In this document: in pieces, positions 1 to 8,594 of the stretch
Numbering within the stretch: position 1 is the first letter of the stretch
Layout of the letters: each line of letters opens with the position of its first letter
Assembly (NCBI GenBank): GCA_030148485.1
Contig: JASBTJ010000025.1
Span: forward strand, 23,236 to 55,235
DNA from: Gammaproteobacteria bacterium
GTDB taxonomy: Bacteria; Pseudomonadota; Gammaproteobacteria; Chromatiales; Chromatiaceae
Reading direction: 5' to 3'
DNA length: 32,000 nt
Translations under genes and position numbers: made by a program
Notes under the pieces: generated by a model
What the model saw: the letters and a program-made list of their open reading frames with translations, nothing else
Database searches by the model: none
What the model was told of the DNA's origin: nothing

Positions 1-225
1 GCGTTGCTCCCAACGACTGGTCAGGTGCAGACCCGACAGCATCAATACGGTGGAAACCCCCGCGCCCACCGCCGCCTCGGTAAAGGCCACATCGACCGCG
101 TCCAGGTTCATGAACAATGCCGCAGTCAACAGACTGTAGACGCCGAACAGCATCACCACGGCGAACAGATCACGCAGGCGTATCGCCGCCACCGCGATCA
201 GCACTAGAAACCCCAACAGGGTCAT
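1..225 (-). CDS. DUF4040-type cation:proton antiporter subunit (MrpA C-terminal/MbhD-like), truncated by the window edge
   Basis: Manual translation of the minus strand: MTLLGFLVLIAVAAIRLRDLFAVVMLFGVYSLLTAALFMNLDAVDVAFTEAAVGAGVSTVLMLSGLHL; overlaps the end of mnhG. The start may lie a few codons upstream at a non-ATG codon. Confidence 0.75.
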   Translation of the reverse strand, partial: MTLLGFLVLIAVAAIRLRDLFAVVMLFGVYSLLTAALFMNLDAVDVAFTEAAVGAGVSTVLMLSGLHLTSRWEQR

Positions 226-230
226 ATCGA

Positions 231-575
231 TCAGGAGTTCGATGACGGCGCCCCCCCTGCGGTCTTATCTTGGTCCGCCTGCCATGGGCGTAACCCGCCA
301 TGCAAGGCGGCCTTGGCCATGGCGTGCGAGGCGGTCGGGTTGGTGGCCAGGATGAACACCAGCACCATGAGCGCCTTGAACATGTCCAACGACCACTCCA
401 ACTGCAGCATCAGGCCGACCAACAACAGCGGCGCGGCCAGCGTCTCGGTGACCCCAGCCGCATGCACCCGCGAGAAGAAATCCGGCATGCGGATCAAGCC
501 GATGCCACCGGTCACGCACAGCAGACCGCCGGCAAGCAGCAGGATGTCGCTCACCCACTGGATCACAACGCTCAT
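231..575 (-). CDS. mnhG: Monovalent cation/H+ antiporter subunit G
   Basis: 114 aa, three hydrophobic segments, GGxxLxxxGGIGLIRMPDFFSRVHAAG pattern typical of MnhG/PhaG; operon context. Confidence 0.9.
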   Translation of the reverse strand: MSVVIQWVSDILLLAGGLLCVTGGIGLIRMPDFFSRVHAAGVTETLAAPLLLVGLMLQLEWSLDMFKALMVLVFILATNPTASHAMAKAALHGGLRPWQADQDKTAGGAPSSNS

Positions 576-856
576 GAGGCCGACTCCCCACCTTCGGTCG
601 CCTCACGGGCGGCGCGGTATTCAAAGAAGCGCATCACGGCCACGGTCGCCACGAAATTGACCATCGCATACAGCAGGGCCACGTCGAGATAGCTGTGCCA
701 TGACATGGCATGACCGCCTAGCGCGATCAGCAGCACCGTCTTGGTACCGAAGGAACTGGCAGCCAGCATGCGGTCGTAGGCTGTTGGCCCCAGGAAGGCC
801 CGCACCAACGCCAGCAGCATGGTCACCATCACGGCAACGATTGCAGCAAGCAACAT
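572..856 (-). CDS. mnhF: Monovalent cation/H+ antiporter subunit F
   Basis: 94 aa, RAFLGPTAYDRMLAASSFGTKTVLLIALGG...DVALLYAMVNFVATVAVMRF; overlaps mnhG start. Confidence 0.88.
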   Translation of the reverse strand: MLLAAIVAVMVTMLLALVRAFLGPTAYDRMLAASSFGTKTVLLIALGGHAMSWHSYLDVALLYAMVNFVATVAVMRFFEYRAAREATEGGESAS

Positions 857-860
857 GTGT

Positions 861-1328
861 CTAGATCCTCAGGCGCCGGATGCGCCCCTCCATTTCACCT
901 TGGCGGAGATCCTCCATCCCTTCGGGCGACAGGCTATGGATCATGAAATGATCGCGTTTGACATCGGTGGTCAGGGTGCCGGGCGTCAGGGTGATGGAAT
1001 TGGCGTACAGGGTTTTTTCGAGCGGCGTCGACACCGAAGTATCCAGGCGCTGCCAAGTCGGACGGATGGGCAGTCGCGGATCCCAGATCCGGCGGGCCAG
1101 GGTGACGTTGGACAACACCACCTGCCACATCAGCCAGGCCAGATAGCCGACCAGACCGAAGCCGAGCCGCATGGACAGGGGCTCTCCGTCCACCTTGTCC
1201 ATTCGGTTGACGAACCACGTTACCAGCACCACGGATACTGCACCCAACGCCAGGATCAGGGGGACATAGTGACCGGACAGGAGCAGCCAGAAGGCGGCCA
1301 ACAGGCCTGAGATGAATAACAAACGCAT
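861..1328 (-). CDS. mnhE: Na+/H+ antiporter subunit E
   Basis: 155 aa, WQVVLSNVTLARRIWDP...TLYANSITLTPGTLTTDV is characteristic of MnhE; operon context. Confidence 0.9.
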   Translation of the reverse strand: MRLLFISGLLAAFWLLLSGHYVPLILALGAVSVVLVTWFVNRMDKVDGEPLSMRLGFGLVGYLAWLMWQVVLSNVTLARRIWDPRLPIRPTWQRLDTSVSTPLEKTLYANSITLTPGTLTTDVKRDHFMIHSLSPEGMEDLRQGEMEGRIRRLRI

Positions 1329-1757
1329 GATTGAGTCTTGTTGTAGCGGTGAATCCGTTGTCCTTGGGCCGAACTACCGGGCGGCTCAGGCCACATTGGG
1401 CATTGTTACTCGTGCCGCTCTCTGTGGCGGCACCGATCTGGTTTACTTTAATGCCTAAACGGTCTCGACTGCACCTTGACCCACACTCGCCTGATCCGGT
1501 GAGTCCTCCGGCAGTCTTTCCAGGGGGGGGTGAAATCACGGAAACACGGGGTGGCGACCCGGCACTATGCGGGCGAACCGACCTGCTCGGACGCCACTGC
1601 CTCGGCGAAGAGCCGTTGTGACGCATTATGCTATAGTGGCCCGCTCGCCGTGCTATGCGGCAACTGGCTTTGCCCCTGAAAGGCCTGTTGCCCCGTGGCA
1701 CCGCCACAGACGCAACCTTTTGATCAACATATAAAATAGCTTTCCCTGGGAGGGCCC

Positions 1758-2645
1758 ATGTCCAAAAAGCACCCGATCGTCGCCGTGACCGGTTCATCCG
1801 GCGCAGGCACCACCACCGTCAAGCGTGCCTTTGAGCACATCTTCCTACGCGAAGGCATCAACGCTGCCGTGATTGAGGGTGACAGCTTCCACCGCTACGA
1901 CCGCGCCGAGATGCGCGAGGAAATGGCCAAGGCCACCGCGGAGAATCGCAACCTGAGCCACTTTGGCCCCGAAGCGAACCGCTTCGACAAGCTCGCCGAG
2001 CTGTTCGACAGCTACGGCAAGACCGGTTCGGGTCAGAAGCGCTATTACCTGCACAGCCAGGAAGAGGCCGACGAGCACAATGGCCGTCTGAACACCAACC
2101 TCGGCCCGGGTCAGTTCACCCCCTGGGAAGACATCCCCGCAGGCACCGACCTGTTGTTCTACGAAGGCCTGCATGGCCTGGTGGTCACCGAACAGGACAA
2201 CGTCGCCCAACACGTCGACCTGGGCGTGGGCGTAGTGCCGATCGTCAACCTGGAATGGATCCAGAAGATCCATCGCGACAACGCCGAGCGCGGCTATTCC
2301 GCCGAGGCCATCGTGGACACCATCCTGCGTCGCATGCCGGATTACATCAACCACATCACGCCGCAGTTCTCGCGCACCGACATCAACTTCCAGCGCGTCT
2401 CCCTGGTGGACACCTCCAACCCGTTCATCGCCCGGGACATCCCTACCCCGGACGAGAGCTTCGTGGTGATCCGTTTTGCCGATCCGCGCAAGTTCGACGT
2501 GAACTTCCCGAACCTGCTGAGCATGATCCCCGGCTCGTTCATGTCCCGGCGCAACTCCATCGTCGTCCCCGGCGGCAAGATGGGCTTCGCCATGGAACTG
2601 ACCCTGGGTCCGATCATCGATCAGATGATGGACCAGCGCGGCTGA
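1758..2645 (+). CDS. prkB: Phosphoribulokinase (Calvin cycle)
   Basis: P-loop VTGSSGAGTTT, EGDSFHRYDR, FYEGLHG, full-length 295 aa bacterial PRK. Confidence 0.97.
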   Translation: MSKKHPIVAVTGSSGAGTTTVKRAFEHIFLREGINAAVIEGDSFHRYDRAEMREEMAKATAENRNLSHFGPEANRFDKLAELFDSYGKTGSGQKRYYLHSQEEADEHNGRLNTNLGPGQFTPWEDIPAGTDLLFYEGLHGLVVTEQDNVAQHVDLGVGVVPIVNLEWIQKIHRDNAERGYSAEAIVDTILRRMPDYINHITPQFSRTDINFQRVSLVDTSNPFIARDIPTPDESFVVIRFADPRKFDVNFPNLLSMIPGSFMSRRNSIVVPGGKMGFAMELTLGPIIDQMMDQRG

Positions 2646-2657
2646 GTGCCCCGTGAT

Positions 2658-2683
2658 GGGGCGGCGCCAACCGGCGCCGCCCC
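2658..2683 (+). terminator. Perfect 11-bp stem-loop immediately 3' of prkB (no U-tract)
   Basis: ggggcggcgcc-aacc-ggcgccgcccc; not followed by a T-run, so intrinsic termination is uncertain. Confidence 0.4.
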
Positions 2684-2695
2684 ACCCCGCACAAC

Positions 2696-3808
2696 ATGAA
2701 ACGTTTCGCATACGCACACGCCACCGGAAGCGACTGGCGCAGCATCTGCGACAGCGTGATCGAACAACTGGGCCCGCTGTCCGACGGACGGCTGGCCTTT
2801 CTCTACGCGGACCAGAGCCTGGCGACCGACGGCGACCGCATCATCGACTATCTGCGCAACCATACCGGCGTCCCCCATTGGGTCGGCACGGTTGGGCTTG
2901 GCATCTGCAGCACCGGCCGGGAAAGCTACGAAAAACCGGCCATCGCGGCCATGGTGACCGACCTGGGAGCGGACGACTTCCGCGTCCTGAGCAGTGGTGA
3001 CGATGTCGGTGCCAGCCTGGCGCCCAGCGCGGCTTGGCGGACAAAGACCCTGGCAAGCTTTGCCGTGGTCCACGGCGACCCCAGCAACCCCCGGACCCCC
3101 GAGCTTGTGGAAGGACTTGCCGATGGCTTGCAGGGTGGCTACCTGGTCGGCGGTTTGACCTCATCCGAAAACCTCCAGGTGCAGTTCGCCGACGGCGTCA
3201 CCGGGGGCGGCGTCTCCGGCGTGCTGTTGGCCGGGCATGTGCGCGTCACCACAGGCCTTAGTCAGGGCTGCACGCTGATCGGCCGCAAGCACCGCATCAC
3301 CGCCTGCCGACGTAACATCGTCAAGACGCTGGACGGCGAGCCGGCGCTCGATGTGCTCAAACGCGACATCGGCGAGGTCCTCGCGCGCGATCTGAGTCGC
3401 ATCGGCGGCTATATCTTTGCCGCCCTCCCCATCCCCGGCTCGGACACCGGTGACTATCTGGTGCGCAACCTGGTAGGCGTCGATCCGAACGACGGCCTGG
3501 TGGCCGTCGGTGACCTGCTACAGGACGACATGGCGCTGCAATTTGCCAAACGTGACGCGCAAACCGCCCGCGACGACCTCGTTCGCATGGTCCAAGACGT
3601 CAAGGACCGGCTCGACGGCCAACCCAAGGGCGCGCTGTATCACACCTGCCTCGGCCGTGGCCGACATCTGTTCGGCGACGACAGCGCGGAATTGACGCTG
3701 ATCCAACAGACGCTTGGCGATGTCCCGCTGGTGGGTTTCTATGCCAACGGCGAGGTCTCCCATCACAGACTGTACGGCTACACCGGCGTGCTGACGGTGT
3801 TCACCTGA
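2696..3808 (+). CDS. FIST N/C domain signal-transduction protein
   Basis: 370 aa; VVHGDPSNP, GGLTSSENLQVQFADGVTGGGVSGVLL, GCTLIG, FYANGEVSH...LYGYTGVLTVF are typical of FIST proteins. Confidence 0.88.
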   Translation: MKRFAYAHATGSDWRSICDSVIEQLGPLSDGRLAFLYADQSLATDGDRIIDYLRNHTGVPHWVGTVGLGICSTGRESYEKPAIAAMVTDLGADDFRVLSSGDDVGASLAPSAAWRTKTLASFAVVHGDPSNPRTPELVEGLADGLQGGYLVGGLTSSENLQVQFADGVTGGGVSGVLLAGHVRVTTGLSQGCTLIGRKHRITACRRNIVKTLDGEPALDVLKRDIGEVLARDLSRIGGYIFAALPIPGSDTGDYLVRNLVGVDPNDGLVAVGDLLQDDMALQFAKRDAQTARDDLVRMVQDVKDRLDGQPKGALYHTCLGRGRHLFGDDSAELTLIQQTLGDVPLVGFYANGEVSHHRLYGYTGVLTVFT

Positions 3809-3828
3809 TCACGATACGGACGGGAGTA

Positions 3829-3857
3829 AAAAAAACGCCGCGACAACAGCCGCGGCG
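3829..3857 (-). terminator. Rho-independent terminator for a minus-strand transcript
   Basis: cgccgcg / cgcggcg stem followed on the minus strand by 8 T. Confidence 0.7.
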
Positions 3858-4050
3858 CAACAAAGGTGTATAAAACAACAAAACACCACCGAGAGGTTGT
3901 AGTGCGTACGAGCAGCTACGGGACCAGCGTAGGCCCGGAGACCCACCGCCACCAGCGCTAAATGACTCGCTGTTGACGCAGGACAAATACCCTCTCGGAA
4001 AGCCCGGAGCGAACCACCGCCGCACCCCTTTGTACACCTCGCTCGGGGAT
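3829..4050 (-). ncRNA. Putative structured non-coding RNA, family unassigned
   Basis: No good ORF. On the minus strand, nested complementary arms aggtgta...tacacct enclose ccgagagg...cctctcgg, with an internal ctacg...cgtag hairpin, ending in the terminator above. Boundaries are approximate. Confidence 0.4.
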
Positions 4051-4131
4051 CGGAACGGGGCCGTTGCATGTTGATGTCCGGAATCGGGCGATAAGTTCAA
4101 CACCCTGCACTTTTCCCGCCCCCCCTGGGAA

Positions 4132-4166
4132 GCGCTGAATAAGTCCATCCTGGACTTCATCAGCGC
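4132..4166. repeat. Near-perfect inverted repeat (16-nt arms, 14/16 paired, 3-nt loop)
   Basis: gcgctgaataagtcca-tcc-tggacttcatcagcgc. Confidence 0.7.
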
Positions 4167-4279
4167 ACGCTGCACGGCAAACGCGGTTTGCTGCTTGGCT
4201 CAAAATCAGTCGCTTGCAGTGACCGATTTTGGCGGCGCCTTCCTGTGCCGCGGACCCTCTGAATTTTCAGCGCTGGCCT

Positions 4280-4846
4280 CTAGCAGCGACGCAGGATGGC
4301 AATCGCCTCCTGAATCGCCTGAAACGTCGCCGCATCGCCGCCCCGATCGGGATGATGCGCCATCGCCAACTTACGGTAACGACGCTGCGCGGTGACCAGA
4401 TCGCTGTCCGCGGGGAGTCCCAACACGCTCAGCGCCTCGGCGCGACGGCTGCCGGCGTAAAACCGCAACCAAAAGCCCCCGAGCAGGGCCTCCACGTCGG
4501 TCGCCGTGGTATCGGCCAGATTGTCCAACCGTAAATAGTAGTCGCGCATCGGATCATGCAGGCTGATCGCCACGGACGACGACTCGTCCAACGGCAGAAG
4601 GCGAATCGTCAGCGGATCGATCTGCAAACCGCCCACCCCCTCTGCAAGCAAGGTGTCGCGCAGCTTGTACAAGGCGTGAAACAGCAGGAAGTGGGCGCGA
4701 AACAAGGCCAGGTCGTCAGCGAACAAGCGAGCCGGAAAATCGCTCGGGTTGTCCGCTTGCAAGCGCTTCAACAAGGCATGCTCGGCAATGCCCTGTGGGC
4801 AGGCCTCCAGTATCGCGCGTAGCTGCTTTGCCAAATCGTCCGCCAT
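4280..4846 (-). CDS. J-domain (DnaJ-like) protein
   Basis: C-terminal J domain LGLPADSDLVTAQRRYRKLAMAHHPDRGGDAATFQAIQEA with the HPD motif. Confidence 0.9.
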   Translation of the reverse strand: MADDLAKQLRAILEACPQGIAEHALLKRLQADNPSDFPARLFADDLALFRAHFLLFHALYKLRDTLLAEGVGGLQIDPLTIRLLPLDESSSVAISLHDPMRDYYLRLDNLADTTATDVEALLGGFWLRFYAGSRRAEALSVLGLPADSDLVTAQRRYRKLAMAHHPDRGGDAATFQAIQEAIAILRRC

Positions 4847-5059
4847 CGGCCCAGCCTACCCAAGCAGGTGCACCCCGCCAACCCGGCAGGACAAGCCACA
4901 GTGGCCGCATGGCGGCAACGCACGTATTGAAGAGATCGGCGACCCGTATCCAGACAGGCGAGGCACATCGCACGGACTAGCCGAAGATGGCAGAGACTTG
5001 CCATGCACCAACCCCGACTCCCACCGAAAGCCCCAAACCAGCGACTTTGCGGTGGTAGC

Positions 5060-5689
5060 TTAGCGAGGACGCCGGTCGTGGGTCAGCGACGGGCAATTGT
5101 GGAGCCGAAACCCCGCGTCGTGCAGCCACAAAACCGCTTGCTGCAGGTTTTCCCGCACCTGCGGCAGCGGCGAATCCAGATGATGAGCGAATTGCTCGAA
5201 GGGCAGTTCCACGCGCCAACCGTCGACTGTCACCGGCATACCCAACCGTGCCGCCAGCGCCAGAAGCGGGTCCTGCGGCGCAAGCCCCGCAGGAAGCTGA
5301 TGAGTGGACAAGGCCGACGACAGCAGAGGATGGCCGCTGCGGTGCACCTGCTCATACGCATCGGCGTAGCGCTCGCACAACCGGGACTCCGTGTCGTCAA
5401 CGCCCTGACGAGCCCGCTCCACCAGCCGCACGATGTCCCGCGCGACAGTCCGGGTAGGAGGCGCGCACAGCATCGCAAGCATCAGCGCACGTTGTTCATT
5501 TGTCAGGTGCTCGGCTTGATAGCCGGCCATCAGGAAATCGCGCCGCTGCGCCAGATTACGCAGAAAGGCCTCGGTATACGGGTGGTAACGGGATGTGTAA
5601 TGCAACAATTCGTCCGCACATCCGCCCCAGCCGCGGTGCGGATGCGGTACCCGCTGACCGACCGACAAGCTGCTCGGTGATTGGATCAT
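5060..5689 (-). CDS. Hypothetical protein
   Basis: 209 aa ORF with ordinary protein composition and no recognised domain. Confidence 0.65.
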   Translation of the reverse strand: MIQSPSSLSVGQRVPHPHRGWGGCADELLHYTSRYHPYTEAFLRNLAQRRDFLMAGYQAEHLTNEQRALMLAMLCAPPTRTVARDIVRLVERARQGVDDTESRLCERYADAYEQVHRSGHPLLSSALSTHQLPAGLAPQDPLLALAARLGMPVTVDGWRVELPFEQFAHHLDSPLPQVRENLQQAVLWLHDAGFRLHNCPSLTHDRRPR

Positions 5690-5744
5690 GACACCCCCTG
5701 CGCCTCGGTGCCCTGCCCCAAGTATAGCGGCACAGCTACCGTGG

Positions 5745-6255
5745 CCGTTGGTGGCCGGGACTCACCGGCTCGGCCGAGATGTGGTACTCGTCGGTCCTCT
5801 TGCCGACCGAATCGGCGAAATATTTGATCAACGACCCGTAGGCCACGCTGAGCAGGCCCGGTAACTCGAGGCCCTCGTCGCGCAGCGGTATCTTCTCGAT
5901 GTTCTGGATGAGGTCAGCCAGGGTGGGCAGGCCGATCATCTTGTTGAAGTCGATGCCCTTGAGCACATCCTGCTGGGCATCAATATTGCGGTCCTCGGCC
6001 GCACCTCCAAGGCCTTGTCCAGACCGGTGCCAACTTTTCCTTGAGGTGTTTGACCTTGGGCCACTGAGCGCTTTCCGGCACCTGGAAGTACTTGCCCGAG
6101 TATTGCTCAGGGTCATTCAGCAGTTTCTTGATGGCAGCCATGTTCCATGAGCTTCTTTCCGAGCGCTTTGCGACGCCGATCGAACAACATGCTGTCCTGC
6201 AGGTCGTCACAGGCACGCAGCAGTAGACCTTCGAGTTGGGACAGGGTCAGTTTGG
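5745..6255 (-). pseudogene. hsdM: Degraded type I restriction-modification methyltransferase subunit (HsdM) N-terminal remnant
   Basis: Pieces in successive frames: TSKLTLSQLEGLLLRACDDLQDSM; LLNDPEQYSGKYFQVPESAQWPKVKHL; GTGLDKALE; AAEDRNIDAQQDVLKGIDFNKM...LPGLLSVAYGSLIKYFADSVGKRTDEYHISAEPV. These resemble the N-terminal half of HsdM with frameshifts and no C-terminal methyltransferase domain. Confidence 0.7.
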
Positions 6256-6275
6256 ACGTGCGTTATTCGTTCTCG

Positions 6276-7175
6276 TTATGCGTTGGGAGTCGGCGCCTCG
6301 GTCTGAGGTGCCGGCTTGTAGTTGTTGTCACGATAGCCGTTTACGAAGGCATCCAGTAAGGACCGGTGCCGCTCATACTGCGTGTCCGCCTGGGTGCACG
6401 ATTCTTCAGCCAGGCGTTCCAGATCGAGCTTTCCCATACCTTCGTCGATCAGCTGGTCCAGCATTGCGGCTGTGTCGTGCAGGAGCATTGGCGCCACGTG
6501 CCTGCCCAGCATTTCGGCGGCAGCCAGGGTGATGTCCCAGCCATGGGCTTCCATGAGTTCTTCGTCGCCGTAGCACGCATCCTTGATCTCGGGGATAAGT
6601 TCGTAGCTCGCTAGGATATAGGCGATGTCCCTGGCGTCCTTGATCCGCTCGGTCGGGTCTTCACGATCAGTCCAGGCGATCAGCTTCAGCACAATTATTC
6701 CCACTGGGGTCGCCACGGGTATGGCTAGGCTTGGATCTGCCGTTACACGCACGAAAACCGCAGTTTCCAAGGCTTCTGCCAACCCAAGCACACTCATTTC
6801 AATATCACCGGAAGGGGGCCAAGCGATTTTAGCGCCCGCTTCGTCGACACCGCCAAACGGCAAGATATCCAGCCACGCATGGGACGGACCGACAAAACGG
6901 TGTGCCCTTCCGGTGGCACTGTAACCTCGGTCGAGCAGCGCCTGGCCAAGCCTTTTAAACGCTGACCAGTCCGGGACCTGAATTGCAAAGTCCACGTCCA
7001 GCGTGTTTGTTCGTATCTTGGCGCCATAGTGATTATGCAGGACGAGATCTCTCGCCGTCGCGCCGATGACCACGTAGGGGAGCTCCAACCCGCTAGCGAT
7101 CTGCTCGACGAGTTCAAGGACCTCGGCCGTGGCCGGGTCAATCTTCCCGGCAATGTCGAGCGATGTACTCGTCAT
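6276..7175 (-). CDS. AbiEii/AbiGii-like nucleotidyltransferase (putative toxin)
   Basis: 299 aa; YVVIGATARDLVLHNHYGAKIRTNTLDVDFAIQV nucleotidyltransferase core and downstream WLDILPF; overlaps the partner ORF. Confidence 0.72.
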   Translation of the reverse strand: MTSTSLDIAGKIDPATAEVLELVEQIASGLELPYVVIGATARDLVLHNHYGAKIRTNTLDVDFAIQVPDWSAFKRLGQALLDRGYSATGRAHRFVGPSHAWLDILPFGGVDEAGAKIAWPPSGDIEMSVLGLAEALETAVFVRVTADPSLAIPVATPVGIIVLKLIAWTDREDPTERIKDARDIAYILASYELIPEIKDACYGDEELMEAHGWDITLAAAEMLGRHVAPMLLHDTAAMLDQLIDEGMGKLDLERLAEESCTQADTQYERHRSLLDAFVNGYRDNNYKPAPQTEAPTPNA

Positions 7176-8226
7176 AGATCATTCCTGCCACTTCGCGGTT
7201 TCGTGGGTCTCCTGTGGCCAGCAAGTCGGCATACGCCAAGACCGGAGGTACCAGCCCCCTCAGGGCCACTTCGTTCTCAAAGCTCAGAAGCTCTGGCCAA
7301 AAGGTTTTGTAGAGGCGCACATTGCCTGGCTCGGCCTGCAGACCATTCGGGGCTTTGCGCAGGCGTGCCTTCGCCAACAGCTTCCCCGCCGCTCCTTCCG
7401 GCAAGTACGCAGTCGCGACCGCTGGTTTCAAATAGTCGGTGTAGATCGCTGCTGCGGTTTCCCCGCCCCAGTAGCCACCAAATTTGCGGATATCGATCTC
7501 CTTCCACCAGTACGGATCCTCTGCCTGGTAGTTGCCCACTAAGAGTTTGGGGCGGAGCTTTTCGGGATAGGCTTCGACCCAACGGTCCAGCATTCGCCGG
7601 TACTCGGTGATGCGCCGTCCTTTACGCTGACCCTTCTCGATAGCCATGCGCGCAACTTTAAGACCCTTCAAGACCTCGCCAACGGTGCCAAGCGCCACAT
7701 CAGCTCTTTCTGCAATGTCACGATACGGGGCATCGATGAGGGCCGGGTCACAAAGGAACGCGAACACAACCTTCAGACCTGTTTTGTCGAATGCGCGATT
7801 CGGGGCCTCTTTTACTGTGGCAGTACCCATAGGCCTGGGCTTACCCGCCACGAACACATACACAGGCGGCTGGTTGATGTAGGCGTTGCCGACGGTATCG
7901 ATGAATTGCACATCTTCTCGTCGTAACTTGTCCGCCATCTTGGGATTGATGTAGTCGGCGACCAGCACGCCCTGCAACGGCAAGGCCTTGATCTGGTGAA
8001 TCAAGGCACCCAGGTTAGCGTGCCCTGCCCAGCGCTTGACCTCTGCCGCCAGGTGGTCGGCCCCTTGAGCCAGCCGGAGCACCGCGTCCAGCTGACGTCT
8101 ATACGCCTTGGTCTCTCGCTGTTCGATGACCAGGCGAAGCCCTGCCTCGCGCTCTACGGCACCTAGGGCACGGTCCAGTACGTCAGCATCGAGATCTTGG
8201 GGTTCCATGGCTCTCTGTCCGTTCAC
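7138..8226 (-). CDS. AbiEi-like putative type IV antitoxin / winged-HTH regulator
   Basis: 362 aa; TVGNAYINQPPVYVFVAGKP and HTH-like YRDIAERADVALGTVGEVLKGLKVARMAIEKG; translationally coupled upstream of the nucleotidyltransferase. Confidence 0.65.
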   Translation of the reverse strand: MNGQRAMEPQDLDADVLDRALGAVEREAGLRLVIEQRETKAYRRQLDAVLRLAQGADHLAAEVKRWAGHANLGALIHQIKALPLQGVLVADYINPKMADKLRREDVQFIDTVGNAYINQPPVYVFVAGKPRPMGTATVKEAPNRAFDKTGLKVVFAFLCDPALIDAPYRDIAERADVALGTVGEVLKGLKVARMAIEKGQRKGRRITEYRRMLDRWVEAYPEKLRPKLLVGNYQAEDPYWWKEIDIRKFGGYWGGETAAAIYTDYLKPAVATAYLPEGAAGKLLAKARLRKAPNGLQAEPGNVRLYKTFWPELLSFENEVALRGLVPPVLAYADLLATGDPRNREVAGMIYDEYIARHCRED

Positions 8227-8279
8227 CGCCCCACAATCGCTCGACTCCGCTCATGACAGAGCCACCCGCGACCCAGGGC

Positions 8280-8338
8280 AATTGTTCACGATATTAGCAC
8301 GTACATTAATAATGTACAGATGCCAATTATGAACAATT
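8280..8338. promoter_or_regulatory. Dyad symmetries upstream of the AbiEi-like gene (candidate autoregulatory operator)
   Basis: aattgttca...tgaacaatt (9-bp perfect arms) enclosing gtacatt-aat-aatgtac (7-bp arms), 54 bp or more upstream of the start. Confidence 0.5.
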
Positions 8339-8564
8339 AGGCTACCCCGGTAACCCCAAGCATCCCCTGCGCTAATGCCTTGCCGCACCTGCCAATCAGC
8401 GCTTTGGTCTGCCTCAAATGAAACGAAAGGGCATCCAGGGAGAAAAGCAACTTCCGCCCGGCCACATGCCCCAAGCCATGCGCAACATCGACAGCCAACC
8501 GACCCGGGTGGCTCGTCCCGCAGGCGATGAGGATTTGTGGCTATCAATGTAGCCAGAAAAAGAA

Positions 8565-8594
8565 AAAGGGCTTGGCCGCAAGGCCAAGCCCTTT
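8565..8594. terminator. Bidirectional intrinsic terminator
   Basis: aaagggcttggcc-gcaa-ggccaagcccttt, 13-bp perfect stem flanked by A/T tracts. Confidence 0.85.

Noticed and set aside
1331-1621. Plus-strand 96-aa ORF between mnhE and prkB
   Set aside because: No domain or convincing start context, Pro/Gly/Arg-rich, and may be a chance ORF; the region is more plausibly the prkB upstream region.
3829-4080. Assignment of the candidate RNA as tmRNA, RNase P RNA, SRP RNA or 6S RNA
   Set aside because: No tmRNA tag or tRNA-like ends, no RNase P GAGGAAAGUCCGGGCUC block, no SRP apical motif, and no convincing 6S signature in the primary sequence.
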